Assembly (NCBI GenBank): GCA_965204735.1
Contig: OZ242008.1
Location: forward strand, 96,001-160,000
Length of the DNA: 64,000 bases
Origin: Longimicrobiales bacterium
GTDB taxonomy: Bacteria; Gemmatimonadota; Gemmatimonadetes; Longimicrobiales; Gaopeijiaceae
Direction of reading: 5' to 3'
Positions 9,447 through 19,869 of the stretch are shown piece by piece. A model generated the notes under the pieces. The model did no database searches and had not been told where the DNA came from. It saw only the letters and a list, made by a program, of their open reading frames with translations. Within the stretch, counting starts at the first letter, position 1; the number at the start of each line of letters is the position of its first letter. A program made the position numbers and the translations under genes.

Positions 9447-10312
9447 CGACTTCGCCAGGCGAATCCGCGGGCGTTGACGGGCGCCGCGTCGCAGGCGGCT
9501 TCGGCGCGCTCTTCAGGAACGAAGTCCTCAAGGCCCGCAAGCGCCTTGCCTTCTGGGTGACGACGGGTCTCTTCGTCCTGGTCAACGGGGGCGAGACTGT
9601 CGATTCGGTGCAGCGGGAAATGAAGGACCCCGAACGAGTCTTCTCGCTCCCGGAGAGCTGGGCCGACATCTTGGTCGCGCCTGCGAACATGGGGCCGTTC
9701 TTCTTGGCGCTGCTGCTGATCCTCCTCGTGGCGCCCGAGTTCCAGTGGCGAACAGCGCGGCAGAACGTGATCGACGGCCTGAGCAAGGAACGCTTCTACG
9801 TGGGCAAGGCCATGGCGCTGGCCGTGCTCGTCGTCTTGTTCTTCGTACTCCCGCTGGCGATCGGCGGTGCTGGGGCGCTGCTCAGCCCTGGCGAGAACGG
9901 CCCGGACTTGGTCCTCTCCACCGACTTCTCCTACATGACGGGCTACGCGCTGTCCCTGTTGCTGCTCGGAAGCGCGGCGGTGATGCTAGCGGTCCTCGTT
10001 CGGTCGTCGGGTCCCGCCCTGGGCGCGCTCTTCGCCTACATCCTGGTGGAAGAGTTCCTCAGCTTCTTCCTCGAACGCTACGAAAGCCTGCGCGACGTCA
10101 CGAGCCACTTCCCCATGGCGCTGCACGACGCCTTGAACGACAGCCGGTTCCACTACCCCGAGCGACTGGCCGAGGCCAATGCAGCCCGCGCGGAGATCGG
10201 CGTGCCCCCGCTGGAGTTTCTCGACCACGGGGTGGTCGTGACGGCGACGCTGCTCTACAGCGCCGTCTTCTTGGTCGTCGCCTTCGTCGGCATGAGCAAG
10301 CGGGACTTGTAG
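9443..10312 (+). CDS. ABC-2 type permease
   Basis: GTGA overlap with the ATPase, about 6 TM segments, EFQWRTARQNVIDGLSK motif. Confidence 0.85.
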   Translation: MTTSPGESAGVDGRRVAGGFGALFRNEVLKARKRLAFWVTTGLFVLVNGGETVDSVQREMKDPERVFSLPESWADILVAPANMGPFFLALLLILLVAPEFQWRTARQNVIDGLSKERFYVGKAMALAVLVVLFFVLPLAIGGAGALLSPGENGPDLVLSTDFSYMTGYALSLLLLGSAAVMLAVLVRSSGPALGALFAYILVEEFLSFFLERYESLRDVTSHFPMALHDALNDSRFHYPERLAEANAARAEIGVPPLEFLDHGVVVTATLLYSAVFLVVAFVGMSKRDL

Positions 10313-10417
10313 AGAGCAAGGTCCTTCCGGGGCCGCCCTCCCTGTCCAAACCGACGCCTGCACGGCATCTTGTGTCGTGACCACGAACAAGCACGCGACC
10401 ACGAACGAGCACAGACC

Positions 10418-11638
10418 ATGACCACGCGCCGGCGCTTCATTCGCAACACCGCCGCGGCCGGGGGCGCCCTCGCCGCCGGCAACACGCTTGCAGCCGCTGC
10501 CGGCTCGGCGGAAACCCCTGCCCCGGCCGTCCCCGGTCAGGCCGGAGTCGACCTGGTCGAGCCCGGTCGGCGCACACCGGCCCCGGCGCCTGCCGCCGGA
10601 CCCGTGCAAGCCCGACGCTCGCTGTCTCTCCTCGTGCTCGGGGGGACGAACTTCATCGGCCCTCATCAGGTGGAGCACGCCCTCTCGAGAGGGCATCGAG
10701 TGACCCTCTTCAACCGGGGACGCACCAACACGCACCTCTTCCCGGAGATCGAGAAGCTGGTCGGCGACCGCAACGACGACCTGCGGGCGCTGGAGGGCCG
10801 CAGCTGGGACGTGGTGATCGACAACTCCGCCATCAACCCCACGTGGGTCGAGCGCAGCGCCGGCGTGCTCAAGGACAGCTGCGAGAGGTACGTCTTCGTC
10901 TCGACGCGCTCCGTCTACGCCGACACCAGCCGTGTTCCCATGTCCACGGCCGCCCCGGTGTGGAGCTACGAGTCCGCGGGCGTGGCGCCGGGCGCCGAGC
11001 GGCTGCCCTACGGCCTCTCGAAGGCGCTGGCCGAGCAGAAGGCCCGCGACGCCTTCGGGGACGACCGGACCCTCGTCTTCCGCCCCGGCCTCATCATCGG
11101 CCCGGGCGACACCACCGACCGCTTCACCTATTGGCCCGCCCGCATCCACCGAGGGGGCGAGGTCCTGGCCCCGGGCGACGGCTCCGACCCCGTGCAGATC
11201 ATCGACGCGCGGGACTTCGCCGAGTGGCTGGTCCGCATGGTGGAAGCCGGCGAGTCCGGCACCTACAACGTGGTCGGTCCGCGCACCCCCCGGCCCATGG
11301 CCGAGCTCCTCTACGGCATCCGCGCCGTGACCACCGCCGAGACGACCTTCACCTGGGTGGACACCGACTTCGCCATCAACGCCGGCCTGCGCCCCTACGC
11401 CGAGCTTCCCGTGTGGCGCCCCGCCCGAGACGGCGCGGAAGGCTTCGCCCGCTTCGACCTGACGCCGGAAGTGGAGAAGGGACTGACCTTCCGCTCCCTG
11501 GCCGACACCACGGCGGCCACGCTGGAGTACCACTTCTCCCGGCCGGCCGACCGTCAGGCAGCCCTGCGGGCGGGCGTCGACGCCCAGCGGGAGCGGGAAG
11601 CGCTGGACCTGTGGCGCGCCTACCGCCGGGCCGGATAG
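10418..11638 (+). CDS. Tat-signal NAD-dependent epimerase/dehydratase
   Basis: MTTRRRFI twin-arginine signal, VLGGTNFIG Rossmann motif, YGLSK, RPGLIIGPGD. Confidence 0.88.
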   Translation: MTTRRRFIRNTAAAGGALAAGNTLAAAAGSAETPAPAVPGQAGVDLVEPGRRTPAPAPAAGPVQARRSLSLLVLGGTNFIGPHQVEHALSRGHRVTLFNRGRTNTHLFPEIEKLVGDRNDDLRALEGRSWDVVIDNSAINPTWVERSAGVLKDSCERYVFVSTRSVYADTSRVPMSTAAPVWSYESAGVAPGAERLPYGLSKALAEQKARDAFGDDRTLVFRPGLIIGPGDTTDRFTYWPARIHRGGEVLAPGDGSDPVQIIDARDFAEWLVRMVEAGESGTYNVVGPRTPRPMAELLYGIRAVTTAETTFTWVDTDFAINAGLRPYAELPVWRPARDGAEGFARFDLTPEVEKGLTFRSLADTTAATLEYHFSRPADRQAALRAGVDAQREREALDLWRAYRRAG

Positions 11639-11645
11639 CCGTCTC

Positions 11646-13529
11646 GTGCGAATCCGCTCCCGACGCGGCCTCGTGCTTGGCCCCCGAAGCGGCCTTGGCC
11701 CCCGATGCGGCCTCCGCCCCCGACTCGGCCTCGTCCTTGCGGCGTTCGCCCCAGCTGCCTGCGGCCCCGCCGCCGCTCCGTCGCCGTCGGCCGTCCAGAG
11801 CGCCCCGGAGCCGCCCCCGGTTGAAGCCGGCGTCCCGGCCGCGCCCGGCGAGTACGAGATCGCCCCCGACGTCCTCCACTACGAGATCGAGCTTGCCCTG
11901 GGCGCTCCCGAGATCGAGGCCCGGGCCACCCTGTCGGTCCTCCCCAACGGCGCCGCCGAGCTTCCCCTCGACCTGGTCGGCCTGGGCGTCCGCAGCGTGC
12001 ACGTCGACGGCGCCCCCTCGGCCTTCGCCTACGCCGACGGCAAGCTGACCGTCCCACTGGACCGGACCGGCGAGAGCGGCGCCCGCGACCTCGCCGCCCT
12101 CGACACGGTCCACGTCGCCGTCGCCTACCACGGGACCCCCGACGACGGCCTGATCATCCGCCCGAACGTCCACGGCTTCCCCACGGCGTTCGTGGACAAC
12201 TGGCCGAACCGCGCCCGCTTCTGGCTCCCCTCGGTGGACCACCCGTCGGACAAGGCCACGGCCGGCTTCACCGTCCACGCCCCAAACGGCTGGCAGGTCG
12301 TCGCCAACGGCGCCCAAGTCGCTGCCCCGTCGCCCACTGCCCCCGACGCCCTGGGCGGGCCTGCCACCCGGGGAGTCGGCGCCCCGACGGACGGCGCGAC
12401 CCCCAGCGGCAAGACCACCTGGCGATGGGCCACAAGCGTTCCCCACCCCACCTACACCCTCGTCGCCGGCGCCGCCGAGTTCGCGGTCGAGTCCCTGGGC
12501 CGGGCGGCCTGCGGCGCCGCGCCCGTCGCCCCCTCTCCGGACGGCTGCGTCGACGTGTCGTATTGGGTCTACCCCCAGGACACGGCCTTCGCCAGGCAAG
12601 TCTTCCGCCGCGCTCCCCAGATGGTGGACTACTTCGTCGCCACGATCGGCCCGTACCCCTTCGAGAAGCTCGCCAACGTCCAGTCGGCGACGCGCTTCGG
12701 CGGCATGGAGAACTCGTCGGCGATCTTCTACTCCGAAGAAGCGATCGCCGCAGGACGACTGGGGGAGGGGACGGTCTCCCACGAGATCGCCCACCAATGG
12801 TTCGGCGACTCGGCCACGGAGGGCGAGTGGAGCCACCTCTGGCTTTCGGAGGGCTTTGCCACCTACTTCGGCGCCCTCTTCTTCGAAGCGGCGGACGGGG
12901 TCGAGGACTTCCGCGCGCGGATGGAGCGGAGCCGCCGAAGCTACGTGGAGTCGGACGACGCCCGGCGGCCCATGGTGGACATTGCCGGGCCCGACAACCT
13001 CTTCGATCTGCTGAACCGAAACAACTACGCCAAGGGCGCGTGGGTCCTGCACATGCTCCGCGGGCTGCTGGGAGACGAGACGTTCTTCGGCGCGATCCGT
13101 TCCTACTACGCCCAGCACGCCTACGGCACCGCCCTCACCGCCGACCTCCAGCGCGTCTTCGAGGAGAGCTCGGGACGCTCGCTGGAGTGGTTCTTCGAGC
13201 AGTGGGTCCGCCAGCCCGGGCATCCGGTGCTCGAGCACCAGTGGGAGGTGTCGGAAGACGGCGCGGAGCTGATCGTGACGGTCGTCCAGACCCAGTCGCC
13301 CGAGTGGCCCGCCTTCCGCTTCCCGCTGGAGATCGGGATCGTCGGCCCCGCGACCGCGACCGGCTCGACCGCAACCGGCCCTGCGCCCGTTCGCCGCCCC
13401 GGAACCGAAGCCGGCGCCCGTCGCGAGCGCGTCGAACTCCGGGAGCGCGCCCACACGTTCCGCTTCCCCGTCGAGGCGCCGCCCGAAGCCGTCGTGCTGG
13501 ACCCGGACGGCTGGCTGCTCAGGGGCTGA
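11646..13529 (+). CDS. M1 family zinc aminopeptidase (probable lipoprotein)
   Basis: GGMEN, HEIAHQW...LSEGFATY, YAKGAWVLHMLR. Confidence 0.92.
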   Translation: MRIRSRRGLVLGPRSGLGPRCGLRPRLGLVLAAFAPAACGPAAAPSPSAVQSAPEPPPVEAGVPAAPGEYEIAPDVLHYEIELALGAPEIEARATLSVLPNGAAELPLDLVGLGVRSVHVDGAPSAFAYADGKLTVPLDRTGESGARDLAALDTVHVAVAYHGTPDDGLIIRPNVHGFPTAFVDNWPNRARFWLPSVDHPSDKATAGFTVHAPNGWQVVANGAQVAAPSPTAPDALGGPATRGVGAPTDGATPSGKTTWRWATSVPHPTYTLVAGAAEFAVESLGRAACGAAPVAPSPDGCVDVSYWVYPQDTAFARQVFRRAPQMVDYFVATIGPYPFEKLANVQSATRFGGMENSSAIFYSEEAIAAGRLGEGTVSHEIAHQWFGDSATEGEWSHLWLSEGFATYFGALFFEAADGVEDFRARMERSRRSYVESDDARRPMVDIAGPDNLFDLLNRNNYAKGAWVLHMLRGLLGDETFFGAIRSYYAQHAYGTALTADLQRVFEESSGRSLEWFFEQWVRQPGHPVLEHQWEVSEDGAELIVTVVQTQSPEWPAFRFPLEIGIVGPATATGSTATGPAPVRRPGTEAGARRERVELRERAHTFRFPVEAPPEAVVLDPDGWLLRG

Positions 13530-13560
13530 CCGACTCCCTCCCGAAAAGGAGCCCGCGTCC

Positions 13561-14538
13561 GTGGCAGCCCACGCCCCTTTCGAGCGTCACATCGTCGAGA
13601 TGGAGGACCAGATCTCCAAGCTCAAGGAGATGGCGTCCAAGGGCGGAATCGACGTCTCCAGCGAGCTCCGGGTGCTGACGGCGAAGCTCGACGTCCTCCG
13701 ACGAGACACCTACCGCAACCTGGACGCCATGGAGCAAGTTCAGGTGGCGCGCCACGCGGGCCGGCCGTACACGCTGGACTACGTGGAGGGCGTCTTCACC
13801 GACTGGTTCGAGCTCAAGGGGGACCGGCGGTTCCGCGACGACGAGGCGATCGTCGGGGGCTGGGCCCGCCTGGAGGGCCGCTCGGTGATGGTGATCGGGC
13901 ATCAGAAGGGGAAGGACATGAAGGAAAACCTGCGCCGCAACTTCGGAATGCCCCACCCGGAGGGCTATCGGAAGGCGCTGCGCCTCATGAAGACGGCGGA
14001 GAAGTTCGGCCGTCCGGTGGTCACCCTGGTGGACACGCCTGGAGCCTACCCGGGGTTCGGCGCCGAGGAGCGCGGCCAGGCCGAAGCCATCGCCACCAAC
14101 CTTCGAGAGATGGCGCGCCTGCGCACGCCCGTCGTCTGCCTCGTGATCGGCGAAGGCGGCTCCGGGGGCGCGCTGGCCCTGGGCGTCGCCGACCGCATCC
14201 TCCTGATGGAGCACGCGATCTACTCGGTCATCTCGCCGGAAGGCTGCGCGGCGATCCTCTGGCGCTCCGCCGACTACCGCAACGAGGCTGCCCGAGCCCT
14301 GCGCCTCACCTCGTCCGACCTGCTTTCCTTGGGCGTGGCGGACGAAATCGTCCCCGAGCCCCATGGGGGCGCCCACACCAACCCGGAAGCGGCAATGGCC
14401 GCCGCCGCGAAAGCTCTCGTTCGCAACTTGGCCGCGCTGGACGCCGCCGAGCCCGACGAGCTGGTCGCCCGGCGCTGGGCCAAGTACGAGGCCATGGGCG
14501 CTTGGCAGGAGACCGCCGCCGGCGTGGAAGCGCCCTAG
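13561..14538 (+). CDS. accA: Acetyl-CoA carboxylase carboxyltransferase alpha
   Basis: NFGMPHPEGYRKALRLM, DTPGAYPG, GEGGSGGAL, YSVISPEGCA. Confidence 0.97.
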   Translation: MAAHAPFERHIVEMEDQISKLKEMASKGGIDVSSELRVLTAKLDVLRRDTYRNLDAMEQVQVARHAGRPYTLDYVEGVFTDWFELKGDRRFRDDEAIVGGWARLEGRSVMVIGHQKGKDMKENLRRNFGMPHPEGYRKALRLMKTAEKFGRPVVTLVDTPGAYPGFGAEERGQAEAIATNLREMARLRTPVVCLVIGEGGSGGALALGVADRILLMEHAIYSVISPEGCAAILWRSADYRNEAARALRLTSSDLLSLGVADEIVPEPHGGAHTNPEAAMAAAAKALVRNLAALDAAEPDELVARRWAKYEAMGAWQETAAGVEAP

Positions 14539-14542
14539 CGAG

Positions 14543-15415
14543 ATGTCGGGGTCGGGCTTCGCCGAGGTCGCCTTCAAGGCCACGCGCCGGGCGTACTACA
14601 AGTACGAAGCGCTGGAGCTGTCTCCGGGCGACGAAGTGATCGTGCAGGCCGACCGGGGCGAGGACCTGGGCCGCGTCACCGCCCTGGGCAGCATCGCCGA
14701 GCGGAAGTGCTCGTCGTCGAGCGGGTGCGCCACGCCGGTGCCGACCAAGCGGGTGATCCGCCCCGCCAGCGCGGACGAGACGGGGCGCGCCCGGCACATG
14801 CGCGCCGACGAGGAGGTGGCGCGCCGGGAGACGCGGAAGCACGTTCGCCGCCACGGCCTGCGGATGAAGGTCACCGACGCCGAGTGGCAGTTCGACCGAA
14901 AGAAGCTGTACGTCTACTTCACCGCCGAGAAGCGGGTCGACTTCCGGGCCCTCGTTCGCGATCTGGCAAAGGCGTTTCGGACTCGGATCGAGCTGCGCCA
15001 GATCGGCGTCCGCGACGAGGCTGCCCGTCTGGGCGGCGTCGGGCGGTGCGGTCGCGAGCTCTGCTGCTCCACGTGGCTGCCCGCGCTCAAGCCGGTGAGC
15101 CTGCAGCTGGCGAAGGACCAGAGCCTCTCCCTCAACCCGTCCCAGATATCGGGTTGCTGCGGGCGACTGATGTGCTGCTTGATGTACGAGCACGACACCT
15201 ACGTGCAGGCCCGTCGCAAGTTCCCCAGGGAAGGCCGGACGATCCGCACCGCCCACGGCAAGGAGAGGGTCGTCGGCGTGAACATCTTCAAGGAGACGAT
15301 TGCCTTGAGGGACGCCGAAGGGGTCCGGCGCGTCGTGTCCGTCGCCGAGCTGAAGGAGGAAGTTTCGGCCGCGGGCCGTTTGCCGACAGAGCAAGAAACT
15401 CAGGAGAAGCGATGA
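14543..15415 (+). CDS. ricT: PSP1-domain / RicT (YaaT) Fe-S regulatory protein
   Basis: RVDFRALVRDLA, RIELRQIGVRDEA, GRCGRELCCS, SGCCGRLMCCL.YE. Confidence 0.9.
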   Translation: MSGSGFAEVAFKATRRAYYKYEALELSPGDEVIVQADRGEDLGRVTALGSIAERKCSSSSGCATPVPTKRVIRPASADETGRARHMRADEEVARRETRKHVRRHGLRMKVTDAEWQFDRKKLYVYFTAEKRVDFRALVRDLAKAFRTRIELRQIGVRDEAARLGGVGRCGRELCCSTWLPALKPVSLQLAKDQSLSLNPSQISGCCGRLMCCLMYEHDTYVQARRKFPREGRTIRTAHGKERVVGVNIFKETIALRDAEGVRRVVSVAELKEEVSAAGRLPTEQETQEKR

Positions 15416-15867
15416 GCATCAACCTCTCGGAAGACGCAGTGCACGCCCTCAACCGCTCCGCCGCCGCCGCTGCCAGGGACGGCGAGGAAGCGGTCGCGCC
15501 GATCCACGTCCTGGCGGGATGCCTCTCCGAGAAGCATGGGACGCTTGTGGATGCGCTGGAGGGGATCGGTCTGGCGACCGAGGACCTGCCCTCGGAGCTG
15601 CTGGACTTGCCCCGGACCTACGAAGGCCACCTGCCCTTCACGCCCGAGTCCCACGACGCACTGGCCGCGGCCGTCGAGTTCGGCGAGTCCCGCGGCGGCG
15701 CCACGACCAGCGCCCACCTCCTTCTGGGCGTCGCCCGGACACGACCCCCGGACTGCTCCGAGCTCCTTGACGGCTGGGGCTTGGAGCCGGAGGCGCTGGC
15801 CGAGCAGCTGGCTGCCGCTGCCGCAATGGCCGGCTCGGCTCAAGCCCCTTCCCTGGGAGCCGGGTAG
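15412..15867 (+). CDS. Clp N-terminal (Clp_N repeat) domain protein
   Basis: PIHVLAG...LPFTPES..AL..A...TSAHLLLG repeat pattern, ATGA overlap. Confidence 0.75.
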   Translation: MSINLSEDAVHALNRSAAAAARDGEEAVAPIHVLAGCLSEKHGTLVDALEGIGLATEDLPSELLDLPRTYEGHLPFTPESHDALAAAVEFGESRGGATTSAHLLLGVARTRPPDCSELLDGWGLEPEALAEQLAAAAAMAGSAQAPSLGAG

Positions 15868-16959
15868 GTGAGGCCCGCCGCTGCCGCCTTCGGCGTTGCG
15901 CTGCTCCTGGGCGCGGCCACCGCCTGCGCTCCCGCCGCCGACTCCCGCGCGGGCGCCGAATCCGCCCCCGACCCCTTCCCCGCCGTGCCGCCGGACGGCC
16001 CGCTTCCCGAGATCGGCCCCGCTCCCGCCGACTACCGCCCCACCGCCGCCGCCGCGCCCTCCACCGACATCTGGCTCGGCCGCCTCGACCGGACCGGCGG
16101 CACCCTGTCCGCCCTGGAGCTGATCAACGTCACCGACCGGGACGGCTACGACAACCAGCCCGCCTTCGATCCCGACGGCGGCTTCCTCTACTACACGTCG
16201 GCGGTGGATTCGACCCAAACCGAAGTCTTCCGCCGCGACCTGGCTACCGGCGCGACCGAGCAGGTCACCCGCACGCCGGGCGCCAGCGAGTTCTCCCCGA
16301 CCTTCGTCCCCGGCCAGGACGCCTTCTCGGCCATTCGCGAGACGCGCGGCAAGCAGTACCTGTGGCGGTACTCGATCGCCGGTGACGAGATCGGGCCCGT
16401 CTTCTCCACGGTCGAGCCGGTGGGCTACCACGCCTGGGCCGACGAGCGGAGGGTCGTGGCCTTCGTCCTGGGCGACCCGCCGACCCTCCATGTCGGCGAC
16501 GCGGTCTCGGGAGCGATCCGGGTCGTGGCCGAGAACCCGGGCCGCTCGATCCATCGCATCCCCGACGGCGGCGCCGTCTCCTTCGTGCGAAAGGCGACCG
16601 ACGACGAGTGGTGGATCGAGCGCCTGGACCCTGTCACCGGCGCCACCGAGCGCCTGGCCCGGACCCTGCCCGGACGAGAGGACTTCGCATGGACCCCCGA
16701 GGGCGAGATTCTCATGAGCGACGGAGAGACGCTCCACGCCTGGACGCCGGAATCGGGCTGGACCGAAGTGGAGTTGGCCCTCGCAGCGGCCTCGGCGGAG
16801 GACGGGCAGTCGAGGTCGCCCCAGGACTCGCCGACCGGCCGGACCGACCGCCCAGGCGAGCTCTCTCCCGTCGCGGGCGACATCTCCCGCATCGCCGTGA
16901 GCGCCGACGGCGTCCGAATTGCGCTGGTCCGCGGTCGGTCGGCGCCGGACCGGCCTTGA
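15868..16959 (+). CDS. TolB-like / PD40 beta-propeller lipoprotein
   Basis: Lipobox ATAC; motifs NVTDRDGYDNQPAF, SEFSPT, EPVGYHAW. Confidence 0.78.
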   Translation: MRPAAAAFGVALLLGAATACAPAADSRAGAESAPDPFPAVPPDGPLPEIGPAPADYRPTAAAAPSTDIWLGRLDRTGGTLSALELINVTDRDGYDNQPAFDPDGGFLYYTSAVDSTQTEVFRRDLATGATEQVTRTPGASEFSPTFVPGQDAFSAIRETRGKQYLWRYSIAGDEIGPVFSTVEPVGYHAWADERRVVAFVLGDPPTLHVGDAVSGAIRVVAENPGRSIHRIPDGGAVSFVRKATDDEWWIERLDPVTGATERLARTLPGREDFAWTPEGEILMSDGETLHAWTPESGWTEVELALAAASAEDGQSRSPQDSPTGRTDRPGELSPVAGDISRIAVSADGVRIALVRGRSAPDRP

Positions 16960-16975
16960 AGCCGGGCGACCGGCC

Positions 16976-17146
16976 GTGAAGCCCGGGCTGATCGCTTCGT
17001 GCGTCGTGGGGACGGCGGTTCTGGCGGGCCTTGCCCACTCGGGTCTCTTCTTCCCGCCCAACGGGTGGGCCACCCTGGGCGCCGGGGCCCTGGGCGCTTG
17101 GCTGGGCCTTGCCGTCTACCGCCTCGTGGCCGACCCTTTCGAGTAG
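16976..17146 (+). CDS. Small hypothetical membrane protein
   Basis: 56-aa ORF with two hydrophobic segments and host-like codon usage. Confidence 0.5.
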   Translation: MKPGLIASCVVGTAVLAGLAHSGLFFPPNGWATLGAGALGAWLGLAVYRLVADPFE

Positions 17147-17234
17147 CCCTCGCGCGAGTGGTTCTGGCGAAACCGTTGCCGCGACGCGCGCGTAGTGCCA
17201 AGGTTGCCCAACACCACAGCAGGAGGACCCAGCC

Positions 17235-17525
17235 ATGGAATACTTCTTCTTCAACTACCTGCGCTCGCTGGCCGAGTTCTGGAGTTTCGCCTTCCGGCTC
17301 GGCCTCCCCCAGATCCTCCTCATCGTCCTGGTGGTCTGGTGGCTCAAGCGGAGCCGCTGCGGGCAGGACGACGACTGCTGCGGCGTCTGGACCCTGGGAA
17401 CCCGCTGGGGTTGCTGTCGGGGGCCACGCAGCAACAACTGCTGCTGCAGGCAGGACGCCGGCTGCGAAGAGGCCCCCGAGGAGGTCCACGAAGAGGCGCA
17501 AGAAGCGGTCGAAGACGACGACTGA
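17235..17525 (+). CDS. Small Cys-rich membrane-anchored protein with acidic tail
   Basis: AGGAGG RBS at 17221, one TM segment, 9 Cys, Glu/Asp-rich C-terminus, strong GC3 bias. Confidence 0.75.
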   Translation: MEYFFFNYLRSLAEFWSFAFRLGLPQILLIVLVVWWLKRSRCGQDDDCCGVWTLGTRWGCCRGPRSNNCCCRQDAGCEEAPEEVHEEAQEAVEDDD

Positions 17526-17586
17526 CCAAGCCGGCGCGCTGCCCGTTCGGCGCGACCGGCGCCGACGCGACGGACGCGCCGATCCT

Positions 17587-19869
17587 GTGGCGCCACCGTT
17601 GCGCGCGACCCTGCGGAGCTTCGTCGCGGGTCTCCCAGCGGTCCTGACCGCCGCGGGTCTCCCAGCGGTCCTGACCGTCGCGGGTCTCCCAGCGGTCATG
17701 GCCGTCGCAGGGCTTTCGGCTCCAACTGTCGCCCAGAGCTTGCCGCCCTCGATCCAGGTCGGCCCGCCGCCGGGTCCGTCCTCGATCGTGCGGGCCCACC
17801 GCACCGACGCGCCCCCGACGATCGACGGCGTGCTGGACGAAGCGTTCTGGCAGCAGATCGAGCCCGTCGCCGACTTCCGGCAGCGCACGCCCGTGGACGG
17901 CGCGCCGGCCTCGGAGCGCACCGAGTTCCGTGTCGCCTTCGACCAGAACGCCCTCTACTTCGCCGTCGTGGCCTACGACTCGGAGCCCGAGTCGATCCGC
18001 CGGAGCATCCTCCACCGCGAGGGTCGGATCGACCAGGACGACAACATCAGGATCGGCCTCGACACGTACCACGACCGGCGCAACGCCTACATCTTCGAGC
18101 TCAACCCCTTCGGCACCCAGGGCGACGCCCTGATCACCGACGAGTCGATGACGCTGGCGGACTGGAACTGGGAGGGGGTCTACGAGAGCGAGGGCAGAGT
18201 CACCGAAGACGGCTGGGTCGTCGAGGCCGCCGTCCCCTTCACCACGATCCGCTTCTCCGACGACGAGGCGCCGACGATGGGCATCCTCGTGGAGCGCACG
18301 ATCCGCCGGAAGAACGAGTTCGTCTACTTCCCCCACGTGAGCCAGGAGTTCCGCAGCGGTCTCGTGCAAGTCTCCCAGTACGCCACGCTGGAGGGCTTGG
18401 AGGACCTGCGACGAGGCCGCTACATGGAGGCGAAGCCCTTCGTCATTGCGGGGCGGTCCGAGTCGGGCCGAGCCGCCGACGAACCGGGGGCCGTCGAGAC
18501 CCTCCGCGAGATCGGGCTGGACTTCAAGTACTCGATCACGTCGAACCTGACCCTGGACGCCACGCTGAACCCCGACTTCGCCCAGGTGGAAGCGGACAAC
18601 GTCCAGATCAACCTGACCCGCTTCAGCCTCTTCTTCCCCGAAAAGCGCGAGTTCTTCCTGGAGCGCGCGGGGCTCTTCAACTTCGGCGACGCCCGCGAGA
18701 CGGAGGTGTTCTTCAGCCGCCGAATCGGCATCGCCAACGACATTGCCGGCGGGGGACGGCTGACCGGCCAGGCGGGTCCCCTCTCCATCGGCGCCCTGAG
18801 CCTGCTCACCCAAGACGCCCGGGACTCGCAGGGCAGGCTCGTGCCCGGCGGCCTCAACTCGGTGCTGCGGCTCCGAGCGGACCCGTTCCCGCGCACCACC
18901 GTCGGCGGTGTCCTCACGTCGCTGGACGCGGGCGACCAGTGGAACCGAGTCGCCGGCGCCGACGTGCAGGTCAGGTTCGGCGGCTCCAGCTCGGTGGTGG
19001 GATGGGCCGCCCGCTCGTTCCAATCCGACGGGCCCAACGCCACCGCGGGCTCGATCGAGGCCAGCGTGGGCAACAGCGTGGCTTCGATCCGAGGCGGGTT
19101 CGCCCGCGTGCCACGGGAGTTCGACCCGGCCCTGGGCTTCGTGCGGCGGCGCGACATGCAGCGCTGGGAAGGGTCCCTGGCGGCGTTCCCGCGCTTCGAG
19201 TCCAGCCGCTGGGCGCGGCAGGTGGTGGCGGCGTTGAACGGCACTCACACCGTAGGGCTGGACGGGGCCAAGCAGAGCGCGGGCCTGCTTGCCCACAGCA
19301 TGCTGACCTTCCAGACGGGCGACTGGCTGGTCTTCAACGCGCGTCGCCGCTCCGAGACCCTGCACGTGCCCGTCAGCATCCAGGGACGGTGGCTGGATGC
19401 GGGCGAGTACGCCTTCAGCACGGCCGAGCTCCGCTGGCGCTCCAACGACAGCCGACCCCTCTCGACTCGCGGCGGCGTCTCCACCGGCGGCTTCTGGGGA
19501 GGCGACAGGACCCAAGTGTCGGTGGGCGGCCAGTGGAAGACGGGGCCGTACCTGACTGTGGGCGCCGACTACGTCTGGAACCGGATCGGCTTGCCCGTCG
19601 AGGACGGCGACTTCACCACGCGCCTCTTCGGAGCGACGGTCCTGGGCGCCGTCAGCCGTTCCCTCTTCGCCAACGCCCTGGTCCAGTACGACGACGTGTC
19701 CAACGTGGTGCAGGCCAACGTGCGCATCGACTGGATACACACGCCGGGCAGCGACCTCTTCGTCGTCTTCGACACCGGCTACGTTGTCGGCGACTTGCTG
19801 GACCCGCGCACCGAGCGATGGCAGCAGCGCACGGGCGTCGTCAAGCTCACCTACCTGAAGGCGTTCTGA
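17587..19869 (+). CDS. CBM9-like / DUF5916 outer-membrane protein (start uncertain)
   Basis: PTIDGVLDEAFW, DTYHDRRNAY.F..NP.G, NPDFAQVEAD, FFPEKREFFLE, C-terminal VKLTYLKAF. Confidence 0.85.
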   Translation: MAPPLRATLRSFVAGLPAVLTAAGLPAVLTVAGLPAVMAVAGLSAPTVAQSLPPSIQVGPPPGPSSIVRAHRTDAPPTIDGVLDEAFWQQIEPVADFRQRTPVDGAPASERTEFRVAFDQNALYFAVVAYDSEPESIRRSILHREGRIDQDDNIRIGLDTYHDRRNAYIFELNPFGTQGDALITDESMTLADWNWEGVYESEGRVTEDGWVVEAAVPFTTIRFSDDEAPTMGILVERTIRRKNEFVYFPHVSQEFRSGLVQVSQYATLEGLEDLRRGRYMEAKPFVIAGRSESGRAADEPGAVETLREIGLDFKYSITSNLTLDATLNPDFAQVEADNVQINLTRFSLFFPEKREFFLERAGLFNFGDARETEVFFSRRIGIANDIAGGGRLTGQAGPLSIGALSLLTQDARDSQGRLVPGGLNSVLRLRADPFPRTTVGGVLTSLDAGDQWNRVAGADVQVRFGGSSSVVGWAARSFQSDGPNATAGSIEASVGNSVASIRGGFARVPREFDPALGFVRRRDMQRWEGSLAAFPRFESSRWARQVVAALNGTHTVGLDGAKQSAGLLAHSMLTFQTGDWLVFNARRRSETLHVPVSIQGRWLDAGEYAFSTAELRWRSNDSRPLSTRGGVSTGGFWGGDRTQVSVGGQWKTGPYLTVGADYVWNRIGLPVEDGDFTTRLFGATVLGAVSRSLFANALVQYDDVSNVVQANVRIDWIHTPGSDLFVVFDTGYVVGDLLDPRTERWQQRTGVVKLTYLKAF
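17623..17703 (+). repeat. 3 x 27-bp tandem repeat encoding (V/A)AGLPAV(L/M)(T/A) in the signal region
   Basis: gtcgcgggtctcccagcggtcctgacc x3 with minor variants. Confidence 0.85.
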
